A model generated the notes under the pieces. It had not been told where the DNA came from, did no database searches, and saw nothing but the letters and a program-made list of their open reading frames with translations. A stretch of DNA of 56,056 nt from Polyangiales bacterium (GTDB lineage Bacteria; Myxococcota_A; Polyangia; Polyangiales; Polyangiaceae): positions 1 to 56,056 of the forward strand of contig JBBRNJ010000061.1 in the NCBI GenBank assembly GCA_038230375.1. Reading direction: 5' to 3'. This document shows, piece by piece, positions 44,685 to 53,388 of this stretch. Both the position numbers and the translations under genes were made by a program. The stretch's first letter is position 1. The number at the start of each line of letters is the position of its first letter.

Positions 44685-47485
44685 CCAGGTATCGTAGCCA
44701 AGAACGCGAGCGCAGTGGTGCGGAAGTCGCGCGGCATTGCCTCGAGCAACGGCGCGGCCGGCTCGAAGGCGCTCCTTGCTTCCGCCGCGCGTCCGGAAGC
44801 CATGGCCGCGCGCGCGAGCTCCATTCGCACCATCACGATCGTGTGCGACCACGCGCGCGGCCCGAGCGAGGCGACGGCACGACGCGCGTACTCGAGTGCG
44901 GCGGCCGCGTGCCCGTCGGTGCGCTCCACGAGCGACATCGCTGCAAACGGCAGCGCGCTGACCTCACGCGCGGGACCGTGTCCTTCGTACGAAAGCGACG
45001 CGACCGCCGCCGCCCGCGCGCCGACGAGGTCGCCGCCTGTGACGAGCACCCGCGCTTCGAGCGCGTACGATCGCGCAAGGATCCCGTTCACGCGCGCGCC
45101 GAGCGGCGTCACGCGTCCGCTCGCAAGGTCGGCGAGCCAATCCCCCTTCTCTGGCAAGCCGAACGCGGCGATCCGGCGCGCTTCACGCGCCTGGGGGAGC
45201 GCGTACTTCGGGCCGTCTCGTCGCTCTTTCATCTCGGCCGCATGGAGCTCTGCGAGGGCGAGCCATGAGCTCGTGTCACCGAAGAGCCGCTTCGCGAGCT
45301 CGATCTCGTCGGTGGCGTCGAGCACGACCTCGGCCGGGTCCCTGGCGAGCGACTCGTAGTGCCGGGAGGCGTACGCGTGCTTGACGATGTCGTCAGCCTT
45401 CTCAACATCCCAGAACGCGTGATTGAACGCGTCCTTCGCGCGCTTCGGGTCACCGCTGGCCGCCGCGCTCTCGGCCTCCGCGATGGTGAGCAGCGCGGAA
45501 AATCCAACATCGCTCGCGCGGCCGACGGCGCTCTTCGCAAGATCCAGGGTGTCGGCGGCCCCCGGCGCACGGAGGTCGAGCGCTCGCACCCGCAGGATCC
45601 ACGCGCGCGCGGCGTAGTCGTCGCGGCGCGACGCCGAGGCCAGCTTCGTCGTGTCGGCCAGCAAATCGCGCTCGATCGGATCGTCTGGCGTCATGGTTTC
45701 TACCGCGAGGAGACGCGCCTCCGCCGCGAGCTGCTTCGCGCCGCCCATCTGAGCGATCTCCGAGGCGGACAGGAGGGCCTGGGTCTGGCTCGCGCCGCCC
45801 TTCGAATCCGTGCGCAAGCCGCCCACGCGCGTGCGCGCAGCGATATGGCCGAGGTCCTGGTCGTGCTTCTGGAGCATGGCGGCGCCCATGGTCCACTCTG
45901 CTTCGTCGGGTCGTGCGCTCGTGCCCGTGCACGCGGAAGGAGAGTCCAGCACCTGGACGGCCTCGAGCGCGCCCCACGCCTCGAAGCCGAAGCCTTGTTC
46001 GATCACATCGACTGTCGAGGTCGCTCGGCGGGCCATCCGCGCGATGCAAGACTCTGCGCTCGCGCGGAGGTCCGGCGGCAATGCGCACGCGCGTGCGCTG
46101 GCCGCATTCAGGGCGGTCGCATGGCGATCGAGCGCCAGAAGGACCGGCTCCGATGGCACCGCCGGAACGCCAAACGCAGGCTTCGCGAGCTTCTCACGCA
46201 GCTTCGTCTTCGACGCTTCGGTCAGGAACGCGGGGGGCAACGTGCATGTGGCGTGCGCCGCGCTCACGCTCGCCGCGGTCGTGTGCGGGTCGGTCGCCGC
46301 CCGGCGCGCGTTCACGGAGATCACACCCACCACCGCGACCGCGAGCAAGAGCGCACCAGCGAGCACGAAGAACGGCGCCCGACTCGAGCGCTCGAGCGGC
46401 GCGAGCCTGGACAAGAGCTCCGTCATCGATGCATGCCGACCGCGCGGATTCGGTTGGAGCCCGCGCTCGAGCAACACGCGGAGCTCGCGCGGCGCCCGAT
46501 GTCCTTTCGTGGGCGGCACGAACGCGCCTTTCATCGCCGCAAGGGCGAGCTCCTCGATGGTCGCGGCCTCGAACGCGTGCATCTTGTAAGCGGCGTGCCA
46601 CAGCGCCACGCAGAAGGAGAACTGATCGCTCCGCGCGTCGACCTCGTCACCGCGGTGCTGCTCCGGCGACATGTATCGCGGCGTGCCCATCACCGAGCCA
46701 GCGCGCGTGAGCGCGGTCTTGAACGATAGCGGCGCATCGCCGGTCGGCTCGCCTTCGACCAAGCTGCTGGACGCGCGCGCGAGCCCGAAATCGGTCACGA
46801 GCACGCGTCCGTCGTCCCCGACCAGCACGTTGTCAGGCTTGAAATCGCGATGAACGATGCCGATCGCATGCGCCGCCGCGAGCCCACGGCCCGCCGCGAG
46901 GAACATCCGCAGTGTCGCGCGGAACGGCGCCCCCGGCTCGGCGTCGAGGACGCTCCGCAACGTGCGGCCAAGGACGAGCTCCATGGCGACGAACACGCGA
47001 CCATCCGCTGTTGCGCCGGCGTCGTAGACGGACACGACATTCGGATGGGTCAGGCGCGCCATCGAGCGCGCTTCTCGCAGCAGTCGCTCCTGCTGTGCGG
47101 GCTCGCGGGTGAGGAGGACCTTCAGCGCGACTGCGCGGTCCAGCTCCGGATCGTGTGCAGCATACACGATTCCCATCCCGCCTTTGCCGAGCACGCGGGT
47201 GATGCGATAACGACCGATGATCGTGTCGTCCACGGCCACACCGTGCGGACGCGGCGGGCCCACGCGCGTGTCCTCGACCATGGTCGGTGGCGCTTCGTCG
47301 ACCCGTGTGGTCCCCACGTCGACCGCGGTCGCGCCCGGGACCAGTGCAGAGGCGAGGATCGCGAGCAGCGTGCGGCACTTCGTGCAGCGATCGAGGTGCT
47401 CCTCGACCGCGAGCGCCTCAGCATCGGCGAGGCGTTTGCCCACGAAGTCGAGGAGCGCGTCTTCACTGGGGCACGCGAGGGTCAC
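44654..47485 (-). CDS. Membrane Ser/Thr kinase with N-terminal zinc-binding anti-sigma-like (HxxxCxxC) domain
   Basis: CPSEDAL..EEHLDRCTKCR; LGKGGMG, VALK, VHRDFKPDN, DFG, SPE, DQFSF; TM; helical/TPR-like C-terminus. Confidence 0.93.
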   Translation of the reverse strand: MTLACPSEDALLDFVGKRLADAEALAVEEHLDRCTKCRTLLAILASALVPGATAVDVGTTRVDEAPPTMVEDTRVGPPRPHGVAVDDTIIGRYRITRVLGKGGMGIVYAAHDPELDRAVALKVLLTREPAQQERLLREARSMARLTHPNVVSVYDAGATADGRVFVAMELVLGRTLRSVLDAEPGAPFRATLRMFLAAGRGLAAAHAIGIVHRDFKPDNVLVGDDGRVLVTDFGLARASSSLVEGEPTGDAPLSFKTALTRAGSVMGTPRYMSPEQHRGDEVDARSDQFSFCVALWHAAYKMHAFEAATIEELALAAMKGAFVPPTKGHRAPRELRVLLERGLQPNPRGRHASMTELLSRLAPLERSSRAPFFVLAGALLLAVAVVGVISVNARRAATDPHTTAASVSAAHATCTLPPAFLTEASKTKLREKLAKPAFGVPAVPSEPVLLALDRHATALNAASARACALPPDLRASAESCIARMARRATSTVDVIEQGFGFEAWGALEAVQVLDSPSACTGTSARPDEAEWTMGAAMLQKHDQDLGHIAARTRVGGLRTDSKGGASQTQALLSASEIAQMGGAKQLAAEARLLAVETMTPDDPIERDLLADTTKLASASRRDDYAARAWILRVRALDLRAPGAADTLDLAKSAVGRASDVGFSALLTIAEAESAAASGDPKRAKDAFNHAFWDVEKADDIVKHAYASRHYESLARDPAEVVLDATDEIELAKRLFGDTSSWLALAELHAAEMKERRDGPKYALPQAREARRIAAFGLPEKGDWLADLASGRVTPLGARVNGILARSYALEARVLVTGGDLVGARAAAVASLSYEGHGPAREVSALPFAAMSLVERTDGHAAAALEYARRAVASLGPRAWSHTIVMVRMELARAAMASGRAAEARSAFEPAAPLLEAMPRDFRTTALAFLATIPGWTMPTSSAR

Positions 47486-47522
47486 CGGGGCTCCGAACGC
47501 GAGCGTATCACGCGCGCGTCGC

Positions 47523-48005
47523 TCACGGCTTGTGCGCGGAGGTTGCACACTTGCCGTTCAAGCAGCCGCCTTGACCGCAGTGCGTCTTCTGCCCGGCGCC
47601 GCCGCGCTCCGGTGACATGATCTGGTCGCTGCCGTTGCACCAGAACACAACGCACTCGCCGTCCATGCAGTCGTGGGGACACAGCGACCAGCCTGTGTTC
47701 GTGCCGTGGATCGAGCTCTTCGTGACGGCCTTCTTGCCGTCACAGTACTTGTAGGTCTCGCCCCGGCGCCCCGGATCGCCCGGGTCGCTGACGATGGTCT
47801 TCACGCATTTGCCGTCGACGCACTTCTGCGCACCGACGCCGCAGTCTTGCTGCTTTGCGACGCCGTTGTCCTTGAAGTGGGCGATGTTGCCGCTGCAGAA
47901 CGGAGCGGGCGGTGGAGGGGTGGGCTTCGTGTCCGCGTGCGCCGAGACGGCAACGAGTACGACGGTGGCAACGAGAGGAAGAACGAGGTGGCGATATTGG
48001 CTCAT
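47523..48005 (-). CDS. Secreted protein with three 4-Cys modules
   Basis: Signal ending SAHA; repeats [FYW]C.G-x(15-19)-C..C.[DN]G.C. Confidence 0.8.
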   Translation of the reverse strand: MSQYRHLVLPLVATVVLVAVSAHADTKPTPPPPAPFCSGNIAHFKDNGVAKQQDCGVGAQKCVDGKCVKTIVSDPGDPGRRGETYKYCDGKKAVTKSSIHGTNTGWSLCPHDCMDGECVVFWCNGSDQIMSPERGGAGQKTHCGQGGCLNGKCATSAHKP

Positions 48006-48202
48006 GCCGAGAAGACAGGAGCCGTCGCAGCTCGTCGCAGAGAAACTGTCACCACGCAGGGGTGGCCCTGACGCTGCGGCCCAACGTACGCCCCGACAAC
48101 ACTACGCTATCATTGTCGATTACTGTTTTCTTTGGGTGGGTGGTTGCACATGTGGAGTTGTGGGACATAGTGCGCGTCTCAACAACGTCTTCAGAGGCCA
48201 AC

Positions 48203-49066
48203 ATGAACCGCTTTCTCTCCGTCTTCGTGGTGTCGACTCTCGCTCTCGCTGGCTGCGCGGCAAACACCGACACCAACGATCAATCCGCCGATGAGGAGAT
48301 CAAGGCCGGCACGGTGAGCGCCGCGAGCGCGAAGACGCTGTGGAACCTGCTCGGCGATGCGAACGCGCCCTCGAACACGCCTGCGGGCATGCTCGGTGTC
48401 GGCTCGCGCATCGCGCGCATCCGTCTGAACACCAGCCAGGGCGGCATGGCGCACTTCATCAGCGAGAGCGGCTCGCTCTCCACCGTGGAAGGCACCGAGC
48501 TCGGCAACCTCATCGATCTCGGCGGCGACTGGTCGGCCGTCAAGACTGGGCTCGTCCAGGGCGGCGGCAAGTTCGTGACTGTCGACGGCGACCACGGCTC
48601 CTCCTCGAGCACGCTGCTCGCGACCGTCGAATGCACGCACGTCGTCTCGCCCTCGGCGAAGCCGCACTGCACCGTCAAGCCGATCGTGATGTCGGCAGCG
48701 AGCTCCGCGGTGCTCATGGCAACGCTCCGCGCGGCGAAGGCGCCGTCGAACACGCCTGCTGGCGTTCTTGGTGTGGGGTCGGCGATCGGCGAGATCGAAG
48801 TCACGACCGCGCAGGGCGGCATGGCGCACTTCATCAGCCAGGGCGGGACCGTGAGCACGGTGGCCGGCAAGAAGCTCGCGGACCTCGTCACGCTCGGTGA
48901 AGCCTGGAGCGACGTGCGCGATGCGGTCGTCAACGGCGGCGGCGCATTCACGGTCACCCCGGGTACACACGGTGCGTCCTCGAGCAAGATGAAGGCATCC
49001 GTCCTCTGCACGCAGGTCGTCTCCCCCTCCGCCAAGCCGAGCTGCACGGTCACGCCGCTGAACTGA
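48203..49066 (+). CDS. Lipoprotein made of two tandem ~125-aa repeats
   Basis: GAGG SD, LAGC lipobox; APSNTPAG.LGVGS..QGGMAHFIS..CT.VVSPSAKP.CTV.P occurs twice. Confidence 0.88.
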   Translation: MNRFLSVFVVSTLALAGCAANTDTNDQSADEEIKAGTVSAASAKTLWNLLGDANAPSNTPAGMLGVGSRIARIRLNTSQGGMAHFISESGSLSTVEGTELGNLIDLGGDWSAVKTGLVQGGGKFVTVDGDHGSSSSTLLATVECTHVVSPSAKPHCTVKPIVMSAASSAVLMATLRAAKAPSNTPAGVLGVGSAIGEIEVTTAQGGMAHFISQGGTVSTVAGKKLADLVTLGEAWSDVRDAVVNGGGAFTVTPGTHGASSSKMKASVLCTQVVSPSAKPSCTVTPLN

Positions 49067-49074
49067 TCGCGACG

Positions 49075-49953
49075 GTGGAAACCCCGGCACCGGGAAGGCG
49101 CCCGCAGGCCCTGAATGCGCGCGGAGAAGGCGCGCTGCTCTACACGGGGCCGGCCGGCTTCATGATTGGTCGCTTCCGTCGCTACCCGTCGCAGGTGCCG
49201 TTCACGGACACCGGGCCGGTGACAGCTCACCTCATGGTGTTCCCGCGCACGCCCGTCATCATCCAGCACGCGGGCCACCCGCCCGTGGTGGCCGATCCCA
49301 CGCGGGTCATTCTCTACAATCGCGGGCAGGAGTACACGCGACGAGCGTTGTCACTACACGGCGACCAGTGCGAATGGTTCGCAGCACCCGCGGAGGCCAT
49401 TGCAGAGGCGGCGCGCGAGCAGAGTCCGGGCGTGGACGACCGTCTCGATCGGCCGTTTGCCAGCACGCACCGCGAAGTGGACGCGCGAACGTACCTGCTC
49501 CAGCGGCGCGTCGCCGTGCACGTCAGCATGCACGCACGCCCCGACCACCTCTTCGTGGAGGAATCCATCATGACGCTGCTCGGGCGCTGCGTCGGTCCGC
49601 CACATCCATCATCTCTGGCAGTCCGCACCACCACCGCGCGGGCGCACCGGGAACTTGCAGAGGCATGTCGCGTGCTCCTTTCACGACGCCTCGCCTCGCG
49701 GCTGTCGCTGTCGGGGATCGCCGCGGGCGTGGGCACATCCCCGTTCCATCTGGCGCGTGTGTTCCGCAAGGAGTCTGGCCTCAGCGTGCACGCGTACCTC
49801 CACCAGCTCCGACTGCGCACGGCACTCTCGCGTGTGATGGACGGCGAAGACCTCACGAACGTGGCACTCGACCTGGGCTACGCCAGCCATAGCCACTTCA
49901 CCGCGCGTTTCCGGCGCATGTTCGGCGCACCGCCCTCTTCTCTGCGCGGGTGA
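49075..49953 (+). CDS. AraC family transcriptional regulator
   Basis: C-terminal double HTH: IAAGVGTSPFHLARVFR..G....Y..LRL..VALDLGYASHSHF..FRRMFG.PP. Confidence 0.93.
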   Translation: METPAPGRRPQALNARGEGALLYTGPAGFMIGRFRRYPSQVPFTDTGPVTAHLMVFPRTPVIIQHAGHPPVVADPTRVILYNRGQEYTRRALSLHGDQCEWFAAPAEAIAEAAREQSPGVDDRLDRPFASTHREVDARTYLLQRRVAVHVSMHARPDHLFVEESIMTLLGRCVGPPHPSSLAVRTTTARAHRELAEACRVLLSRRLASRLSLSGIAAGVGTSPFHLARVFRKESGLSVHAYLHQLRLRTALSRVMDGEDLTNVALDLGYASHSHFTARFRRMFGAPPSSLRG

Positions 49954-50012
49954 TCAAGGAGCGAGCACGATCGTGACAGCGCGGGCCCTACCACGCGTGC
50001 CACGCTCGCTCC

Positions 50013-50597
50013 ATGCGAAGAACGGCGCTCCTCCTTTCCGTGTGGCTATCGGCGTGCGCGGCGAATGCTCCCGTTCCGCCACCCCCGGCTCCCACGCAGG
50101 CGTCAGCGACGCCACCCGGCCCGCCATGCACCGAACCAGAGCGACGCGCGATGGACTTCTGGATTGGCGAGTGGGACCTTTCCGTGGAGGTGCCCGCGGA
50201 CCCGAGCGCGAAGTCGTGGAACCGCGCGCGCGGCGTGAGCGTGATTCGGTCGGTGCTTGGAGGCTGCGCGATCGAAGAGAACTTCCACGCGGACGGCCCT
50301 GATGCGCCATGGGCGGGCCGCAGCTTCTCCATGTACGTGCCCGCGCGGAAAGGCTGGCGTCAGACGTGGGTCGACGACTCGGGCTCGTACCTCGCGTTCG
50401 ATGGTGGTCCCACGCCCGCCGGCTTCGCGCTCGTGGGCGAGGAGAAGATCGTGGAAGGAAATCGAACTCGCATGCGCATGGTGTTCGGGGAGATCACCCG
50501 CGATGCGCTCGTGTGGCGCTGGGAGCGCGGCACGGAGCCAGCCGCCACCTGGGCGCCAGCGATGGTGATCAGGTACACGCGCCGGCCCACGCTGTAG
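50013..50597 (+). CDS. DUF1579-like lipoprotein
   Basis: LSAC lipobox; C..PE.R.MDFWIGEWD, LGGCAIEE, WRQTWVD..G, W......Y.R. Confidence 0.75.
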   Translation: MRRTALLLSVWLSACAANAPVPPPPAPTQASATPPGPPCTEPERRAMDFWIGEWDLSVEVPADPSAKSWNRARGVSVIRSVLGGCAIEENFHADGPDAPWAGRSFSMYVPARKGWRQTWVDDSGSYLAFDGGPTPAGFALVGEEKIVEGNRTRMRMVFGEITRDALVWRWERGTEPAATWAPAMVIRYTRRPTL

Positions 50598-50599
50598 GG

Positions 50600-51451
50600 T
50601 CAGCGAATCTCGACGTCGATCGGCACGAGCCCGAGGACGCCCGCGACATTCTTGTCGAAGGCTCGCGCGAAGTCGACCACGGGCGCGAGACTCTCGCGCG
50701 TGGCCTCGTAGGGCCTGAACAACGGTGGCGACGACATGATTGGGCCCAGGCTGCGCCGGCAGTCGTCGAAGGTCGCGCGGACGTAGAACGGCACCTTCTG
50801 CGACGGACCGCGATCGAGCTCAAGGGCCCACGCATTCGACGGATCCTTGACCAGGAGCTTCTGCCATCGAACGCCGGTCGGACCCGACACGACCGTGTCC
50901 ATCGCGAGCTCCTGCGTCGCGCGTTGCAGTGCCTCACCAGAGAAGGCGACGTTGCCGCGGTACACGATGACGATGGGGCCGAGTGACGGCCCAGGCAACG
51001 AGCCCCACGGGACCTCGATCTCCGCGTCGTCATCGTCATCCTCTGCGTCGTCGACGCGAAGAAGAAGCTCCAGCGCGTTTGCGACGCCGCTCGCTTCGCG
51101 GCCGTCGTGGAGCTCGTACCCGAGGCCGTCGGCGATCACAGTAAACGTCCTGGTTGCCGCTGCCAGCGTGCGCGCCGCCTGGAGCGCGAGTGTAGTGGCT
51201 CTGCGATCGTCCTCGGACGGGCGACCGACCAGGTACCACCCCGCGAGCTCCGGCGGTGTCGGTAGTGACTCGTCGAATGGAAGCACGCGCGACACGCCAC
51301 GATAGGAGACGGTCACCTTGTGACGTTCGTGCGTCCACCCGCCCGCGCGATCCGACACGAACCCGAGCGCGTGCAAGCTCTCATCCGCGGCGCGTGCCGT
51401 CTCGTGCTCGCGCTCCGCAAGGCGCGGAATCCAATCCCCCATCCAGCTCAT
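50600..51451 (-). CDS. Hypothetical protein
   Basis: 283-aa ORF with coding-like composition and an acidic linker (DDAEDDDDDAE). Confidence 0.7.
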   Translation of the reverse strand: MSWMGDWIPRLAEREHETARAADESLHALGFVSDRAGGWTHERHKVTVSYRGVSRVLPFDESLPTPPELAGWYLVGRPSEDDRRATTLALQAARTLAAATRTFTVIADGLGYELHDGREASGVANALELLLRVDDAEDDDDDAEIEVPWGSLPGPSLGPIVIVYRGNVAFSGEALQRATQELAMDTVVSGPTGVRWQKLLVKDPSNAWALELDRGPSQKVPFYVRATFDDCRRSLGPIMSSPPLFRPYEATRESLAPVVDFARAFDKNVAGVLGLVPIDVEIR

Positions 51452-51550
51452 GACCCGCTCCGCTATGCAGACGACAGAGCTCGCGAGTGGTCTGCGGAGC
51501 TCTGCTGGGGTCGCGGTCGCGCTAGCTCACCCAGCAGAGTCTGCACCCGC

Positions 51551-51838
51551 CTACTTCATGCCCGGAACGCTGGCCATCGCGAGCTTCGTGACGCACTGGG
51601 TGGCGTTCGTGGTGGCCTTGGTGATCTGGTCTGCCTCGCTGGACTTGGCGGTGACCATGTCCTTGGCGTTGTCGCTGTACTTCTTCGTCGCCGCGGTCGC
51701 GCAGGCGGTGTCCTTGCAGGCACACGCGGCCGTCTCGTACTCCTCGCTCATCGTGAGTGCCGCGCTCTTCCCGCAGCCCGTTGTCAGCAGCATCGTTGCG
51801 CCAAGAACAACAGCCGTACCTACGATCGACATCTTCAT
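51551..51838 (-). CDS. Small myxobacterial helical Cys lipoprotein
   Basis: AAGGAG SD, TTGC lipobox, ACACKDTACA motif, distal Cys. Confidence 0.85.
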   Translation of the reverse strand: MKMSIVGTAVVLGATMLLTTGCGKSAALTMSEEYETAACACKDTACATAATKKYSDNAKDMVTAKSSEADQITKATTNATQCVTKLAMASVPGMK

Positions 51839-52089
51839 GAGAGACTCCTTGATGAGTGAGGTGGAAAAACCGAACGTATGTGGTCAGCGCCTCCGGATCC
51901 AGGACGGATGTCAGTCCAATGGGCGAAATGCTGCCGGCGCCGCTGCGAAAGATGAGCGGTTCATTAACTGTGATGATAGTTTCGAGCCCTGCTCGTGCGA
52001 GCCCCAACACCTTGCGGGGCGTGCTTCAGGGTCTGCCGCAGCTCATGGGCAGCTCCCGGTCGAAATAGGCTAGAAGCGCCGCTCGAGCT

Positions 52090-52104
52090 GGGCATGACGT
52101 TTGC
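52090..52104 (+). promoter_or_regulatory. Candidate sigma-54 promoter
   Basis: GGGCATGACGTTTGC matches GGCA.G-N4-TTGC; predicted +1 near 52116, just before ATG 52118. Confidence 0.4.
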
Positions 52105-52117
52105 GTACGAGGCAGGA

Positions 52118-52738
52118 ATGCTCTGGGGCTCACGCGTCGTGTGTGCTGCCGCGTTCACACTCGTGGTGACTGGCTGCTACGTGCCCATCGCGGTTCCGGT
52201 CGCGCTGCCCGGCAAGGTCGAGGTGATGGAGGGAAGGCGCGCGGTCCCTGCGGCGGACGGGCGATCGGAGACGCGGGTGTCCACCGGAGTTCATCTCGCG
52301 AGTGCGCTCAGACCCGATGCGGCCATTGGCGACGTGGGCCTGGGCTACGTGCTCACGGACGTTGGTGCGGGCGCGCACGTGATCCACGGCGTGTACGCCG
52401 AGACCTCGGTCTTGCCGCCGCTCCTCGTCGACAAGGGCGGCGCGATGCGCCTCCTGCTCTCTTTTCGCAGCGAGGTTCTTTTTCCCGATGCAGCACCCGC
52501 CGGACTCGGCCTGGGCCTGTTCGGCCGCGTGGGACTCGAGGCGATGGGCAAGGCCGGACCGCGCGCCGAGAACTACTACGGCCTCTTCACTGGCGGAGGT
52601 GGTGCTGGCTACTTCGTCGAGGTGGGCGAGCAGCACCTGCCAGGCGGCGCGCGGGCGACCGTGGGCAGCCTTGGTCTCTCCATCCGCTTCCCTGCCACGG
52701 CGGGCGCCTTTTTCTACGGCTGGGCGCGCGTCCAATGA
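52118..52738 (+). CDS. Beta-rich lipoprotein, paralog A
   Basis: VTGC lipobox; alternating hydrophobic, Gly-rich beta strands; paralogous to the next gene. Confidence 0.8.
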   Translation: MLWGSRVVCAAAFTLVVTGCYVPIAVPVALPGKVEVMEGRRAVPAADGRSETRVSTGVHLASALRPDAAIGDVGLGYVLTDVGAGAHVIHGVYAETSVLPPLLVDKGGAMRLLLSFRSEVLFPDAAPAGLGLGLFGRVGLEAMGKAGPRAENYYGLFTGGGGAGYFVEVGEQHLPGGARATVGSLGLSIRFPATAGAFFYGWARVQ

Positions 52739-53334
52739 ACGCATCGCGCTTCACGGCTGTCATGGTCCTCGCGTGCGCGACAACGGCGTGCGGCGTTCCG
52801 TTTGCATTCCCCGTGGTGACACCACCAAGCAAGGTGGAGGTGATGGAGGGCATGCGCGGCTTTCCTTCCGCCAACGGGGGCTGGGAGACCCGCGTGTCGA
52901 CGGGCGTCCACGTGGCAAGCGTGCTTCCTCCGGACATTGCAGTCGGCGATCCGGGCATGGGCTATGTGCTCACGCGGCTCGACAGAGGCGGACGGATCAT
53001 CCATGGCGTCTACGGCGAGGTCGGCACCCTGCCCCTTCGCCTCGTCGGGCCCAGTGGAGGCTTGCGGCTCGACGTTGCGTTCCGCGGCGAAGCCCTGTTC
53101 CACGACGGAGGTCCGCCCGGCAACGGCCTCGGCCTCTTCGGTCGCGTGGGCCTCGAGCTCGTGGGCGCAGCCGACCCGCCACCCGAACGCTTCCATGGCG
53201 TGACCAGGGGCACGGGGGGCATGGGTTTGCTGATCGAATACGGAGAGCAAAGGCTCCCCGGAGGCGAACGCGCCAGCGTGGGAAGCGCGGGCCTCTGGCT
53301 TCGCCTGCCCGCCGCCGCTGGAGCATTCTGGTAG
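52735..53334 (+). CDS. Beta-rich lipoprotein, paralog B
   Basis: ATGA overlap; TTAC lipobox; shares KVEVMEG, ETRVSTGVH.AS, GD.G.GYVLT, IHGVY.E, GLGLFGRVGLE, GEQ.LPGG with paralog A; ends AFW. Confidence 0.82.
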   Translation: MNASRFTAVMVLACATTACGVPFAFPVVTPPSKVEVMEGMRGFPSANGGWETRVSTGVHVASVLPPDIAVGDPGMGYVLTRLDRGGRIIHGVYGEVGTLPLRLVGPSGGLRLDVAFRGEALFHDGGPPGNGLGLFGRVGLELVGAADPPPERFHGVTRGTGGMGLLIEYGEQRLPGGERASVGSAGLWLRLPAAAGAFW

Positions 53335-53336
53335 AG

Positions 53337-53363
53337 ACCGCGCGTTCGCGTGAACGACGCGGT
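53337..53363. terminator. Hairpin between convergent genes
   Basis: ACCGCGCGTTC-GCGT-GAACGACGCGGT (one bulge); no U tract. Confidence 0.35.
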
Positions 53364-53388
53364 TCACACGCGCCCGGTAAACCCAGGT

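Noticed and set aside
48161..48175. Sigma-54-like GG-N10-GC upstream of 48203 (also near 11706)
   Set aside because: Only the dinucleotide spacing matches, which is expected by chance at this GC content.
51839..52089. About 250-bp intergenic region as a possible riboswitch or sRNA
   Set aside because: No recognisable aptamer consensus (c-di-GMP, SAM, TPP, cobalamin) by eye; consistent with divergent promoters. An Infernal/Rfam scan would settle it.
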